Notes: generated by a model from the letters alone, not told the origin. DNA of 63,460 nt, filler included, from Octopus bimaculoides (GCF_001194135.2; 5 parts of 5 records of this genome joined end to end with filler, not necessarily neighbours in it), one strand, 5' to 3'. Counted from the first letter of the whole stretch, positions 37,492 through 51,201 are shown. Translations and numbers: made by a program.

Positions 37492-37537
37492 GACACCTGA
37501 TGAAGGCTGGAGGGTATATCAGCTGAAACGTTGTGTT
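37492..37537 (+). ncRNA. Minimal type I hammerhead ribozyme (copy B)
   Basis: GACAC-CTGATGA-A-GGCTGG[AGGGTATA]TCAGCT-GAAA-CG-TT^GTGTT. Stem I GACAC/GTGTT, 6-bp stem II, palindromic AACGTT in place of helix III. Predicted cleavage after 37532. Confidence 0.78.
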
Positions 37538-38559
37538 AACAGCAAACAAGATGAGAACAAATATCCGTCAATTGTAAATAATGTCCACTAATCAGGAATT
37601 TGCTACAAAAATCACATGACTGGAAACTAGGGCATTAACGGTGACGATGAAGTTGCCACAGACAAAACATTGTAAAAGGTAAACATAATCTTTTTAGGTT
37701 TAGCTACAGAAGAAATTGTAATTATAAAAACCATTTTTTTTTGTGAAGTTAAGAACACAATGATGACCTATTTATTTGCTATAGTGTTGGCCAAATGAAA
37801 TTTTATTTGGAAAAACTTTATCCAAACTTAGTTATTTTATGGCTAAACAATAATTAACAATGAACAAGTGACATTTGTTGAATGTATTATTAATTACAAG
37901 CGAATGATCTTATGCTAATGGTACTTAACAAAATCAGAGGAAACTATTTACCACATCGTAAATAAATCTCATTCCAGTAAAGAAAGGTAAAAAATATAAT
38001 GAAAATGCCATAGAACACATTTGTTATATAGGGGAAAAGACCGTTGATCTTTGGAGAATTATCAGTTATATGGCATTATTTATGACATGCTAGTGGTCGA
38101 ATATTTATTACATTGTCAACTAACAAAGAGCAAAGAATAAAACAGAAATCAATGTTTGGAGACAGTAAAGTAAAGAACACCTGGGTACTACCAATCCTCT
38201 CCAAGCATTATCTAAAAACTATTAAGGAAAAGCATCGGGATCAGAAGAGAGTTAGTTAATAGGAAAATCATTTAGAAATTTAATCGAAACCAATCAGCAG
38301 TCTTTATAGAAATGAAGGGAGAATCAATATGTCACTGATTCTCTTTCTCAGGAAAACACAAAGTCTGGAATCAAGCAAAGGAGCTTACTTTGGGTGTAGT
38401 GTGGCTACAAGAAATCTGAAGAGCTTACAGTATCAATGGCGAGGCCATTCAGATTGTGATTCAAAACCTTCATGATAGGAAAACGTCAGAGAATGATTTG
38501 ACTGTCAGATGCTGGAATAAAAAGAAAAAACTTCTTTGCGAGGCATATTATGAATTTTT

Positions 38560-39200
38560 ACCAGCAGACTCTCAATGAAGGCATATTATCAATCCGGTAG
38601 CGCTGGCTCAAACAAAACTGATACCCGAATCGATACCTCTCATATAGCAAAATAACTACAAGTGGCCAATTGCATGCCAGAATCTCATGTATAAAGTGTA
38701 TATAAGTTGTCTGAACCTATTCTTCCAACATCACTGGGAGAAAAGAGAAAAGAGTATGCTGAACAACATGGCCAGCTACACTTTGATGTGCAGCAGCATA
38801 GAAAGAATTTGGCCACAGTCTGGTTTGTTTCCAGGAAAGTGTTCAATTCTGTTCTCCACACGTGGTTGCTAGAGTCCCTTCGACATGATAATGTTCTAGA
38901 CACTAGTACCAAGGACAGAGACAACCTGGTTTCCTCTTTGGTCACCTTTCTGAAGCTATTTAGAAGTTGTTCTATTCGAATTGGTTGGAAACACTATCCC
39001 AGAAAGATGTATTCCAAGGGAATAGTGTTTCTATGATCTTGAGTATACTTTCAATACAACTCCTGTTTTTTCAGTTAAAGAAAATTTGAAGAGTATGTGA
39101 TTGGCTCATAAGACATAAGCATCAACTGAACTCATTGCTTCCTTCTGAACGATCTCAAAATATATACCAAAAATATAAACAATATAAAGAAAATACTGCG
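38560..39200 (+). mobile_element. Highly degraded R4-clade RT fragment
   Basis: YKWPIAC..LMYKVYISCLNLF; HRKNLATVW..SRKVFNSVLHTWLLESL; colinear with the copy at 46641-48750. Boundaries approximate. Confidence 0.7.
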
Positions 39201-39719
39201 TAAAGAAATAGGGATTAACTTTGGGAAATTTAAATGTTATTTTTAAAGTGTTTATTAGTAAATAAAGCATATACATATATATTTAATAAGTTTTAAAGAA
39301 TAAAGTTAATTATATTTCAATGAGAAAATAAAATAAAAGCCTGTCTATTAAAATTACAGTAAATTGCTTGATATGGGATGAGGGATGTCAAAAGTAGTTA
39401 AGAATAGATGCAGCCAAAGAAGCTAACGTCGGGATAAAGAAAATACGATTGTTTTTGTATCTCATTTAGGTACAAGGTTAGCAATTTTGAGAGGGTGGGT
39501 AAGTAAATACCATCGGACCCAATACAAGACTGACAGTTAACTTTTTCGACCCCGGAAGAGTGAAAGACAATGTTGATTTCGATAGGATTTAAACTCAAAA
39601 TGCAAGAGAGCCAGAATAGATGTCACCGTGCATTTTTCTCGACGTTCTAATGATTCTACCAAGAAATTAGTAATTAGTTTCATAGAGCTTATTCAGAGTA
39701 GATACGACGGCATTCATAA

Positions 39720-39900
39720 AATAACACTGAATGATGCTTTAAATAATGTATGCTATTACTATAAGGATAATCATTTTATCTTAAATCCTTTGAAAACACA
39801 AGTTTCTATATTCGAGAAAGAGAAGAAAAACGCTAATAGAAAGTTAAATATTGAAAATGGAATATCGCCAGAATTCCAAATATGTTGGTGTATTACTGAA
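39720..39900 (+). mobile_element. Old LINE RT C-terminal fragment (possibly Ingi/I-like)
   Basis: LNDALNNVCYYYKDNHFILNPLKTQVSIF..ANRKLNI resembles the L..DL....YY..N.L..NP.KTQ pattern. Confidence 0.4.
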
Positions 39901-40101
39901 CTGTAACGTAACCTTCAGGAACAGTTAATTGTTTTCAGGGCCAATGTGTGTGTGTGTGAGTGTGTGAGTGTGTGATTGTGTGCATGTGTGTGTATGTGTG
40001 TGTATGTGGGGGGGGGAGGAAATCGTTAAAAGATTGCGAAATGAAAATGTGCGCATGTGAAGGAGATAGACTGTGTGTATGTGTGTGCGTGTGAGAGGAA
40101 C

Positions 40102-40158
<57 letters not shown>

Positions 40159-40164
40159 CGTAGG

Positions 40165-40201
<37 letters not shown>

Positions 40202-40386
40202 GGACGGACGGACAAACAGAGACAAGTAGGCAGATAGACAGACAGATAGATAAATAGATAGATAGACAGACAGACAGAGAGATAGAGAGATAAACNNNNN
40301 NNNNNATAGATAAATAGATAGATAGACAGACAGACAGAGAGATAGAGAGATAAACAGACAGACAGTCAGATAGAGAGATAGAGAGA

Positions 40387-40420
<34 letters not shown>

Positions 40421-40959
40421 AAAGGAAGAGAAAAAGATAGATACGAATGAAAAAGAGTAAAAGTAAAAATGGGCATTTCTCCAGTCAAACTATTAGCAAA
40501 CGTTAACCTTAAGTTCTTATTAATTCTGCTAAAAGAATCGGTTTACTTGTAAAATAGTAAATAGATAAATAGAAACTACTTATAAATGTATTTCAATTAT
40601 GTTTCAATTGGAATTGGTTCCTTATATTTAACACATATGCCACCCCGAAAGACCGTATTTGAGAAAGATCCAAAACATATTTCTCCATTCCAAACGTTTG
40701 CATCATTCCTGAAACGTAGTCTTTTAGGGCAAAATATAATGAACAGCTTGCTACAGAAATATTAAATTAATTTTTCTTGGGAAGTGTTTGATGGAAACAG
40801 TATTTTTTTTTCTCTGATAAGAGTGTAATAGAATGGACAAGGGCATGGCTGCCTATTTCAGGATTTCGTTTCGCAGCTACGAGATTTCATTTTCAGTCCA
40901 ACTGAGCGTCATTTTCTCTTAGGCAGTTTTTGAACTTGAATCCACTGCACATCATCTTA

Positions 40960-41310
40960 TTGCAATATCAGATTTAACCCAGTTGCGTACCATCTTAGTA
41001 AGTATACCATTTCAGTTTCTATCGGTGTGTATCGCACCTTTGACAATAGTGTTTTCTGTCGTAGTCTCAGATCAGTCGGAGAGACAGTTCTTATTTTGTT
41101 TGGCATATTTGATCCATCTGTTACCAGGTTTAACACCATCACCTGGTCCATGGAGGCCTTTTGCAGATAATGCTCTATTACAAGCATTCATCCCACATCA
41201 CCAGTTCTGCTTACCAAAAGTGGCTCACTTGGCACCGTGTATTCGTCGCGATAACACAATTGTACGGCCGCCTCCGATCGGGAGAGGAGCGGCCCGTTTT
41301 GGATTTTGTT
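40960..41310 (-). mobile_element. Possible Merlin/ISXO2-like transposase relic
   Basis: Broken frame PIGGGRTIV...FGKQ...IVKGAIHTD loosely matches IGGxGxxVExDESKFGKR...GxxIHTD. Several stops; weak. Confidence 0.3.
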
Positions 41311-42499
41311 CTTAAATCTAAGTTATTTTGAGAAAGCAATAAACCCTCTTCAGAAAACCACGTAAATACTGTCATTTATTACAAACTTATTGTTTATTTT
41401 AGCTCTTTACAACAAACGGACTCAAACCTTTCCTTTAAAGATCAACACTTTCATCAAATGCTCATTCATCAAATTATAATATATTTTATTTAATTAAATT
41501 AAACCACTTTAATATGAGACGATTCGTCGACAGGGGAATGACAATAGATGACAACATTAGTTACATTGTGATTTTTGGAGCTTTGTACAGTTTCCATCGA
41601 TCAAAGCTACTCATAAGGTAACTATCTTGCATAACCACACAGATAAACATACCCTCGTGAAATTGTGACCCCTATATTTTACATATAAAATAATTTCTTT
41701 TACTATAAAATTTTTGTTTTCTAGATATGAAATTGTGACCATGTAAATTTTATGTTTTAATTTTTTCTGTTTATGGGGAAAATGGAAAAAATACGAGTGA
41801 ATATTTATTTCATGAATGCTGTGTATTATTAAATCCATAAAATTGTGCATAAAGTATATAAAGTGTATATATATAAAGTGCACTAAGTAGTCATCGTACT
41901 CCAATTTCCTTCAATTTTCAATAAATAGCAGATGAGCGACTATCTTTTGATACAGACACAACACAGGCCACGCTTTCGGGCTTTTTGGATAAAGTTTTCA
42001 GGAGCAACCCAATAGGTTTACTATTAATTCCGTGAAATATTCAAGGATCCCGTTAGTAATGAATAATCCCTTCTCTTATTGGCACAAAGACTGATATTTG
42101 GGAGGAAGAGTGTAGTCGATTACATCGATCTCAATGCGAAGGTGGCGAACTGGCAGTTAGCATTCCGAGCAAAATGCCTGGAGGCATTTTGTCCGACTTT
42201 ACGTTCTGCGTTCAAATTCCGCTGAGGTCGTCTTGCACTATCACCCTTTCGGAGTAATCGACTTACTCTCTCCTCCGAAATTGTGCCAAAATTTGAAACC
42301 AGTTATATCGACCCTGATAGGATGAATGCCAAATTCGACCTCGGTGACATTTGAACTTAGAGCAAAAAGCCGGGAGAAATGTTGCTAAGCATTTTGTACA
42401 GTGCAGGAACAATTCTGGCCTTGTTGATAATTATGAATAATGACAATGGCTTTAATTGATGTATTCGTCACCATTAGATTATTTGGAACTCTTTATACC

Positions 42500-42720
42500 T
42501 CCATACAAGAGACAGGGGGAACAGGCCTGATGGAAAATAACAGACGTCAAGAGACAAAGATCAGACGGCGAGGATTCAAAGAGCGACTCGCACTTCCTTA
42601 CCTCCAACAAACTTTCCCCTGCCATAAATGACCCCGGCTCTTCTATACCATCCTTGGTCTGAGCAGCCACCTCAGGCATGAGAGCCCTTCGCACCCTTCA
42701 AGATGAAGAGTCTCAATCAC
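42500..42720 (+). mobile_element. RTE-clade LINE 3' end remnant
   Basis: RRRGFKERLALP..QTFPCHK*PRLFYTILGLSSHLRH matches the terminal C2H2-like tail of RTE ORFs. Confidence 0.55.
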
Positions 42721-42930
42721 TACCTACAACTCTACTATTCGGATACGAGTTAATGCCACCGCCGACGACGACACTTTATCATATATGTAGATTGGTTGTA
42801 ATCTTCTGAAAATTAGTTGCAGTTTTCAGTTCATGACACATAGATATCGCAAACACACTTGGTTATTATCTATTTATCTTTTTTTACCCTCAAAACTAAT
42901 TTCAACCAAATTCTGTAACAGTCTATACAC

Positions 42931-43363
42931 ACCGAGAGTATTAAGTTTTATTGTGTCCGCTGGGTTGCAGAGACATGCTGAACAGAGTAGTTTCAGTTCA
43001 ACCGCATGGCTATTTCTGATAGCTCAGGAGTGAAACGTAGATGCTACTGGAGGTTGTTGTCATAAAACAATGCGAAGGTTTTTGTTGTTGGCACTCCGTC
43101 GCTTACGACGTCGAGGGTTCCAGTTGGTCCGACCACTGGGTCTTTGCAACTCCTCGACAAATACCTGCAAACCACACAACGCTCACAACCGCCACGTACT
43201 CTACTAACGTGTCGATACTCCACCAGTTTTATGACAACAACCTCCAGTAGCATCTACGTTTCACTCCTGAGCTATCAGAAATAGCCATGCGGTTGAACTG
43301 AAACTACTCTGTTCAGCATGTCTCTGCAACCCAGCGGACACAATAAAACTTAATACTCTCGGT
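42931..43363. repeat. Perfect 138-bp inverted repeat with 157-bp spacer
   Basis: 42931-43068 is the exact reverse complement of 43226-43363 by eye. Confidence 0.95.
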
Positions 43364-43741
43364 ACCGTACATAGCTCACTAAGGTTTCACTGGAGCTATT
43401 TCAGCAATGTAACATTCCAAAAGATACCAGTGTGCGCGCGCAGCCACACGTGCGCACGCGCGCAAACAAGACCGTAAAGCTACGCCTCACGGAATTTTGA
43501 CCATTCTGCTTATTGCTCCAGTCACACGATTATTGCCCTTTTATAGGGCTTAAGAGAACCGTCCGTGTTATGTCTGACAGCGTTTAGGCACACAATGAAA
43601 ATACTAGTTCAATGTTACCTATTAATCTGTTACGCCCACAGGATAAGTATATATTTTATAACATATTGCTTCAAGCAGAAGGCTTTCAGTGTCGGAAAGA
43701 GTACTGCTGCCGATATAAGCCTTTCCATTTCTACAATAGGT

Positions 43742-44127
43742 TGTTGTTGTTGGCACTCCGTCGCTTACGACGTCGAGGGTTCCAGTTGATCCAATCAACG
43801 GAACAGCCTGCTCGTGAAATTAACGTGCAAGTGGCTGAGCACTCCACAGACACGTGTACCCTTGACGTAGTTCTCGGGGATATTCAGCGTGACACAGTGT
43901 GACAAGGCTGACCCTTTGAATTACAGGCACAACAGAAACAGGAAGTACGAGTGAGAAAGTTGTGGTGAAAGAGTACAGCAGGGTTCGCCACCATCCCCTG
44001 CCGGAGCCTCGTGGAGTTTTAGGTGTTTTCGCTCAGTAAACACTGACAACGCCCGGTCTGGGAATCGAAACCGCGATCCTATGACCGCGAGTCCGCTGCT
44101 CTAACCACTGGGCCATTGCGCCTCCAC
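43742..44127 (-). mobile_element. Complete tRNA-derived SINE (family S4) with 12-bp TSD. Partial copy at ~20630-20746
   Basis: Head GGAGGCGCAATGGCCCAGTGGTTAG with A box (44105-44115) and B box GGTTTCGATTCC (44061-44072), (CAA)n tail, TSD TCTACAATAGGT at 43730-43741 and 44128-44139. Confidence 0.92.
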
Positions 44128-45833
44128 TCTACAATAGGTAGGTCTGGAATTTAAAGCAAGAGGGGAGAATAGTGGATTAAACCGACTCAAGTGCTCATCT
44201 GGTACTTCTTTCATTGATTCCGAAGGGACGAAAGGCAGAGTTGACATCGGCAGAATTTGCACTCAAAGCGTAAAGCCGGAAGAAATGCGGCGAAGCATTT
44301 TGTCTGGCGTGCTAACGATTCTGTCTGCTCGGTGTTCTATTGAGGCCGCTATAATCAAGAAACCTCTTTCTTTAAAATTTCAGGCTTTGTGCCTTAATCA
44401 GAAATAGTTACTGGTGTCTTTTGGAATAGCTAGAGAAATGGAAGGGAGGTAACTCATGCAGCATTATCGGAAATGATCATTCATAAATCTAAAGAAAATG
44501 TTCTATAAGTTACTTTGAGAACGACGTTTATTTTCTCATTTATTTTACAATTAGTACTTTTTTCGTAATTATAAAAATGTACAGCATTTTATATATATCA
44601 TTATTAGATAATATTATACAACTAAGTGCATTAGATAAATTAAAGTGTAATTTTTATTAGTAAAACTTTACGTTTAGTTCTCTCCCTTAGACTGATAATT
44701 TCAGCGATTCTAAGCGACTGAGGGAAAAAAATATTTACTACCTTCAGTCATTGGACTACGCCATACTGAAGTATTTGGCTGATGGCTATACTGCACCATA
44801 TAGAACTCATTACTTATCTTTGAGTCTGGTATATATTTTATCGACCTATATTCGTCAAAAATCTAATTATGTGACAAAATATGTTACAGCACAAAGTTAA
44901 ACATGCGATAAACACACATAAAAAGATAGACACACACGCATACACACACAACCGCACACGCGACGGGGTTCAGAACAGTCTTCGACCACTAAGTTCCATT
45001 CATGAACCAGTGATCAACGGCCATAATCATATATACCTTTATATCTTTGACTTGTTCCAGTCATTCGTCTGAGCCCATACTGGAGCATCACCTTAAATGG
45101 TATAATGGAAGAAATCGACTCCAGTTCATATTACTTTTTAAAGTTAAGTACTTAATTTATCGGTCTAAATTATCGAACCGCTAATTTTACGTACCGTATA
45201 TAAACCAACACTGGTTGTCAAGTGAGGGTGTCTGTAGGACCAAAACAAGCACAAACATACACACAAACACATACACACATATATTTAAATATATAATGTG
45301 GGTTTCCACCGAGTTTCCGTCAATGCACTGGGGCTGTCAGAAGACTGTTGACGAAGTTGCCGAGCAGTGGGATTGAACCCGAATCAACGTGGTTGCAAAC
45401 GAATCACTTAACCGCACAACCATATCTGTTCCGCTGACATACATACGCACATACATACGCACATACATACATACATACATACATACATACATACATACAT
45501 ACATACATACATTACATGCATACACACATACATATGCACGTGTATGTGAGTGTATGAGTGAGTGTAATTACGCATGCACATACATACATACATACTACGT
45601 TTACAGGTTCTGTAGGGACGAAGTTCAAATCACTTGAGTAATGCAGAACTTTTGGCAAGCATCTTCTGCAAAAGATCTGACTATAATACGCCTTTGATGT
45701 AAGTACGAGGGAGTGCAGAAAAATTCCTGGTTTTGAGGGTGTCACGAAAGGACTGAGTGGAGGCCCAAACTTCCGAGTTCTTTTACAGGGCTAAGAAAAA
45801 CTGAAGGACCGCTGCAATGAGTGTGTGAATCTG

Positions 45834-45880
<47 letters not shown>

Positions 45881-45914
45881 TGTGTGTTTGTGTCTGTGTG
45901 CGCGTGTGTGGGTG

Positions 45915-45957
<43 letters not shown>

Positions 45958-46197
45958 ACGCATGGTGTGCATGTGTATTTGCTTCTTGTTGTTTCTATTA
46001 CTCACCGCTTGACAACCACTGTTAGTGTACATCCGCGTAAATTTCTAGTGATTGATAGACTACATACAGAATTTAAAGTAAGTACTGGGTCGATTTGATT
46101 GATTAGACATTTCAAAGCGATGGCCCAACATGGCTGCAATCCAATTAATGAGATAAATAGGAGAGCACGCACACGCACGCACACACACGCACACACA

Positions 46198-46230
<33 letters not shown>

Positions 46231-46640
46231 TTTCTCTCTCTCTCTTTTTCTCCCTTACACATACATCGTGAGATAATAATTATTCCCACTTAAATGTGGA
46301 TGTTCTTTTAGAACAAACTTTACTGCAGTAGATAACATGGGAGAAACTTTCTGATAGGACGGTTTTTCGTCTGTCTCTCTGATTGTTTTTAAACGCAGTA
46401 CGTCCATAAAAGCTTTTATGTTGGACGAAAACCGTAGTAATTTGCAAGTCAATGGTTTATATGCATTTATTATGACGTATTGATGACTATTTTAATTTAA
46501 TGATGTTTCAATTGGGCACACCAAATTTTGCATGCATGCATGCATGCATACATACATACATACATGCATGCATACATACATATATACATACATACATACT
46601 TACATACATACAGACAGACAGACAGACATACATACATACA

Positions 46641-48750
46641 GATGAAGAAGGAAAATATTACCATTAAGAAAGCTCCCTTCCAAGAAGATCTACAATTATT
46701 CTGATCAAAAATTTGGAACGAGTAGAAGGATTTCAACCTGAATGCATCATGGTTAAATACAATTGAGAGAGAATACTGTACCAACACTAAAAGTAAAACA
46801 TACAAAACTGATGCAGAAACCTTCGCTATAGCAGTAGGCAAACTGCAGAATGAGAAGGGACCTAAGAGTTGAACATTGGCACAAGAAGCTGACATTTTAT
46901 AGAAGCCAATTGATATGTATGTTCAAAAGGACTATGGAAGGTCGGACAGATATACCACATTGGCTCGCTACAAGGGCAAATCTTGTTGCCAAAAATGAAA
47001 TCACCGAGATGGCAGGAAACTACAGGCCCATTGCTTGCCTAAACATTATGTACAAACTGTACATAAGTTGTCTCAACCATTTCCTCCAGGACCATTGTGA
47101 GTTGAACAACATTGTGGCTGATGTACAGGCTGGTAGAAAGAAGGGAGTGTGGGGAGGTGCCGAACAACTTTCAATAAACAAAGCTGTACTGTCTGAAGTA
47201 AGAAAACAACGCAGAAAGCTTGTGACAGTATGGCTTGACTATAAGAAGGCATTCGAATCTCTCTCATTCATAGCTGTTGAAGTGTCTACACCTGGCAAAA
47301 GTACCTATGATCTTAATTGCTGCTATAGAGAGACCTACAAAGACATGGACAACTATTCTTATCCTTACAACTGAGAAGAGAATAATTGTTTCTAATAGAA
47401 TAGTCATTGCAAAGGGAATATTCCAGGGAGATATTCTTTCCGTACTTCTTTTCATTTTGGCCCTGAATCCATTATCGTTCCTACTGCAGAAAACAAATAG
47501 TAACATGCTAGGATCTTTAACTGCCAGAAATATCAATGTAACTCATAATTTCTTTGCAGACGACTTGAAGATTTATGCTAAAAGTGTTAAGAATGTCAAA
47601 AAACAAAAAAACAAAAAACAACTGAAATTAATAACATTTTCAGCTGATGATATAGGCATGGCATTTGGCCAAAATAAATATTCATTATTGATTATAGAAC
47701 GAGGAAAGTCAGTCCCCCAAACCCCAAACCTGTGCATTTACAGTCTCTCCATTCCACACAAAGAATGTTACAAGTACCTAGGCATAGACGAAAATGTATC
47801 ATATGAAGGCAATGTAAATAAAGATAGAGTGACACGAGAATATTACACCAAACTTAGGAAAATATAGCAGTCGGAACTCTCCTATTACAACAATAGAATA
47901 TTTCACAATGCATTTTCAGTACCAGTGCTGATCCCAATATTTGGGATATTTGATTGGTCTATAGAGGAAATCCACTCCATAGATATCAAAACCCGCAAAA
48001 TCCTGACAACAACTGGGAGCTTACACAGAAACAGTGATGTTGACAGGCTCTACCTAAGAAGAAATGAAGGTGGTAGATGCCTGAGATCAGTACAGACGGC
48101 CTTCGAAAGCCGTATTGTATCTCTTAGGCAGCATCTGCTAAACAGTAGCAGCAAAAATAAATATATTAATGCAGTCCTGAAAAGTGAAGTGAGCAACATA
48201 GTACGAGTTGAAGTGAACTCCTCAAGAAACACTCCCTTCCTGATGATCTCCAATACAGTCTCAAAACAGCTGTGCTCTCTTACCTCAGAGAAGACCTGGA
48301 TGGAAAGCACTCTGCCCGGAAGCTTGAAGAAAACAATAAAATTGACACAAAGCGCAGCCTGTCTTGGACACAAAACCACTGCATCACATCACACTTTGAA
48401 GGCTATGCGGTTGCAATCCAGGAACAGGAGATTACCACAAAGTGCCTGGTGAACAAGAGAGACAGTGACGATCTTGTAATCCCAAGGTGCAACCGCATGA
48501 GTAGGCTATGTCATGTTTCTGTGGAAAACATTACGCATATGACTGGCAGCTCACATGCATAATGTCGTCACGGTACTACATCGTCCTAAAATGTTCTAAA
48601 ATGTCGTCTCGGTATTACCTCCCTATGTAGCACGATGCTGTTGCTAAAACAATTTACAATGCCATCCGCAAAAAAAAAAAAAAAGAGAACTGTCCTGAAA
48701 TAAACTTAGAAAATAAAAGCCATAAGACATATTTTTATACATAAGAGTGT
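46641..48750 (+). mobile_element. 5'-truncated R4-clade retrotransposon (RT to CCHC), degraded
   Basis: NYRPIACLNIMYKLY, VWLDYKKAFES, GIFQGDILSVLLFILALNPL, THNFFADDLKIY, YKYLGIDEN, HRNSDVDRLY..GGR, FEGYAVAIQEQE, LCHVSVENITH. Starts immediately after (CATA)n/(CAGA)n. Confidence 0.93.
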
Positions 48751-48755
48751 ATAAA

Positions 48756-49218
48756 GAGAAGACCCTTGCCAGGACTTCTTACATGCTAAAAAAGGCAGTT
48801 AAACCCAAACCACGAAAAAATAATTCTTAAGGCACGCTGTCAATGGCACTAGAGTAAACAAAATAAAAAGATTAGCTAACCCCATAGTTTAAATTTATTT
48901 AGTGTTGGACTATTTGACTACGCTCGCGCACTAAATTTGAACCGATAATGTATAAATATGGAGCTGTATGGTGCACGTGTTTTCGGTACGTATTAAAGCT
49001 ACATAATTATGCATTTTTTAGCGATCCCATTGATGACCTACGAATGCCAAATTTATTTATTTCGTTAATAATAGCGAAACTCGAGTATGGGATTAACTAA
49101 TTTTTTATTTTGTTCACTCTAGTGCCATTAACAGCGTGCCTTAAGAATTATTTTTTCGTGGTTTGGGTTTAACTGACCTTTTTAGCATGTAAGAAGTCCT
49201 GTCAAAGGTCTTCTGTCT
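48756..49218. mobile_element. Long-TIR MITE/foldback element (possibly Mutator-like)
   Basis: ~129-bp near-identical inverted arms (48757-48885 vs 49086-49214). Flanked by GTGTATAAA (48747-48755) and GCGTATAAA (49219-49227), a candidate 9-bp TSD. Confidence 0.8.
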
Positions 49219-49237
49219 GCGTATAAATCTTTATACC

Positions 49238-49310
<73 letters not shown>

Positions 49311-50344
49311 GCAAGTGTGCGTGTGTAAATATATATATATATATATATATATTCCCGCATGCGCACGCGCATACATACATACATACATGCATACAGGCAG
49401 GTATACATACATACATACATACAGGTATGCGGGTATGATTTTTTTATTATTTAAAAATAGAAAGTAATATAGACACATGTATAAAATCCCACTCACGCGT
49501 GTATGCGGTAGCTATGTATGAATATGAGTATGTAACTACATACAAACATAAATGAACGAATGCCTACGTGTATACACGCACACACACACATACATAAACA
49601 GACACATACACATACACACATACGCACACTCGCGCACACAAAACACATACACACACACACACACAGACACACATACACAAACACAGTCACAAACGCACAC
49701 AATGGGATTTTTGAGAATACAAGCTTGGAAGTGTCAAGTTCTTTAAAACAACAGCAAAAAAACAAAAGAAAAGAAAAATACACAGAAACAGCAATAAAAC
49801 AAAACAAAATAGAATAACATCGTCTATCTCTTTCACTCTGGAAAATTCAATAAACCCTTGAGTATGACATCAAATCCTTCATTTTGCACAACCTTACAAA
49901 GATGCGATTCGTTAGTATACTGAACATAATAATAATAAAGATTTTAGAGATACCAATATATTTCAGATTTGTTTTTCCCAATACTTGACATGAATGGAGT
50001 GCGTTGGTATCCTAGCAATTATGTTCTTCTGTCATAACTATTTAGCACTCCACGGAAAATTTATAGCTCATAAACATTTCTGTGTGGCTTGACAAAATTA
50101 TATGTATTATTGTCATTTTTAAGCGTCTAATTAGCAATCGGTGCATCACAATAAAATATACTATAGAGAACTACGGCATTTGGGTAAAATAATGACAACA
50201 CTTTTTTATTTAACTATTCTTCCTCTTGACGATATCACAAATTCAGAACTATTCAAATATGTATATAAATATGTGTTTATACACATTATTCATTATATCT
50301 GCTTCGTGCTCCACTGTGTCTGTTTTTCGGTTTTAGCTAGTATA

Positions 50345-51201
50345 CTCTGGTCAATAAGTATCCGGACTGTTGCCATAGTAATGAAGCTAAATTACGCAGA
50401 GTAAAGCCGCTTGGCAAAGATTGACCTTGAACACTGCTGTGCATGCGCACTAAGTTTTAACGTCATATCTCACTTCCGCTGTTTACAGCGGTGCTTGGGA
50501 GGAAGGTGTGTAGCGTGTGATCGTCACATTGAACATGACAGAAAAAGTTGAGCAGAGAATCTGCATCAAATTTTGCCTAAAACTTGGCGATACCTGCTCA
50601 GAGGCATACTCAAAGTTTTCAAATACAATGGTTTTCGATACAATCAAGGAGACCTTGTGCAACTGAAACCCGAGTGTCTTTTAGGTCAGCTGAAAGTAGT
50701 TTTGTCACAAACTTTGCAGACACGTATCTCATACCCAAATCTTCAGTGATAATGGACTGAAATGAATCGTAACGGATGGTTATTCGACGATTTTCCCTCA
50801 GCTGCACGCACATCTGCGATGCTTTTTTCAGTCCTGCCGGTTGCGGGTCTCCCAGAAGGTCCGTCAATATCAACATTTTTTCAGCCGTCTTGGAAACGTC
50901 TGAACCGCTCGCACACTTGTGTGGGGCTCATACACTCCTCTCCATACACTTTCTGCAACATTGCGTTGGCCCCTGAGCAGGTGTCACGATGACAACTTTC
51001 TCTGTCATGGTCAATGCAACGATCGCACGCTACACACGTTCTTTCCAAGAACTGCTGTAACAGTAGAAATAAGCTAGAACATTAAAACCTAGTACACACG
51101 CATAGCTGAGTTAAAGGTCAATCCTTGTTTAGCGGCTTCACTCTGTGTGCTTTAGCTTCGTTACTATGGCAACAATCCGGATACTTATTGATCAGACCTT
51201 G
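50345..51201. mobile_element. Mariner derivative with two 5' ends in inverted orientation
   Basis: TA-flanked ~50-bp TIRs (GGTCAATAAGTATCCGGACTGTTGCCATAGTAATGAAGCTAAA and inverse). Plus strand MTEKVEQRICIKFCLKLGDTCSE; minus strand MTEKV..DTCS..MLQKVYG..GRP..NRRITIR..DLGMRYVSAKFV. Confidence 0.88.
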
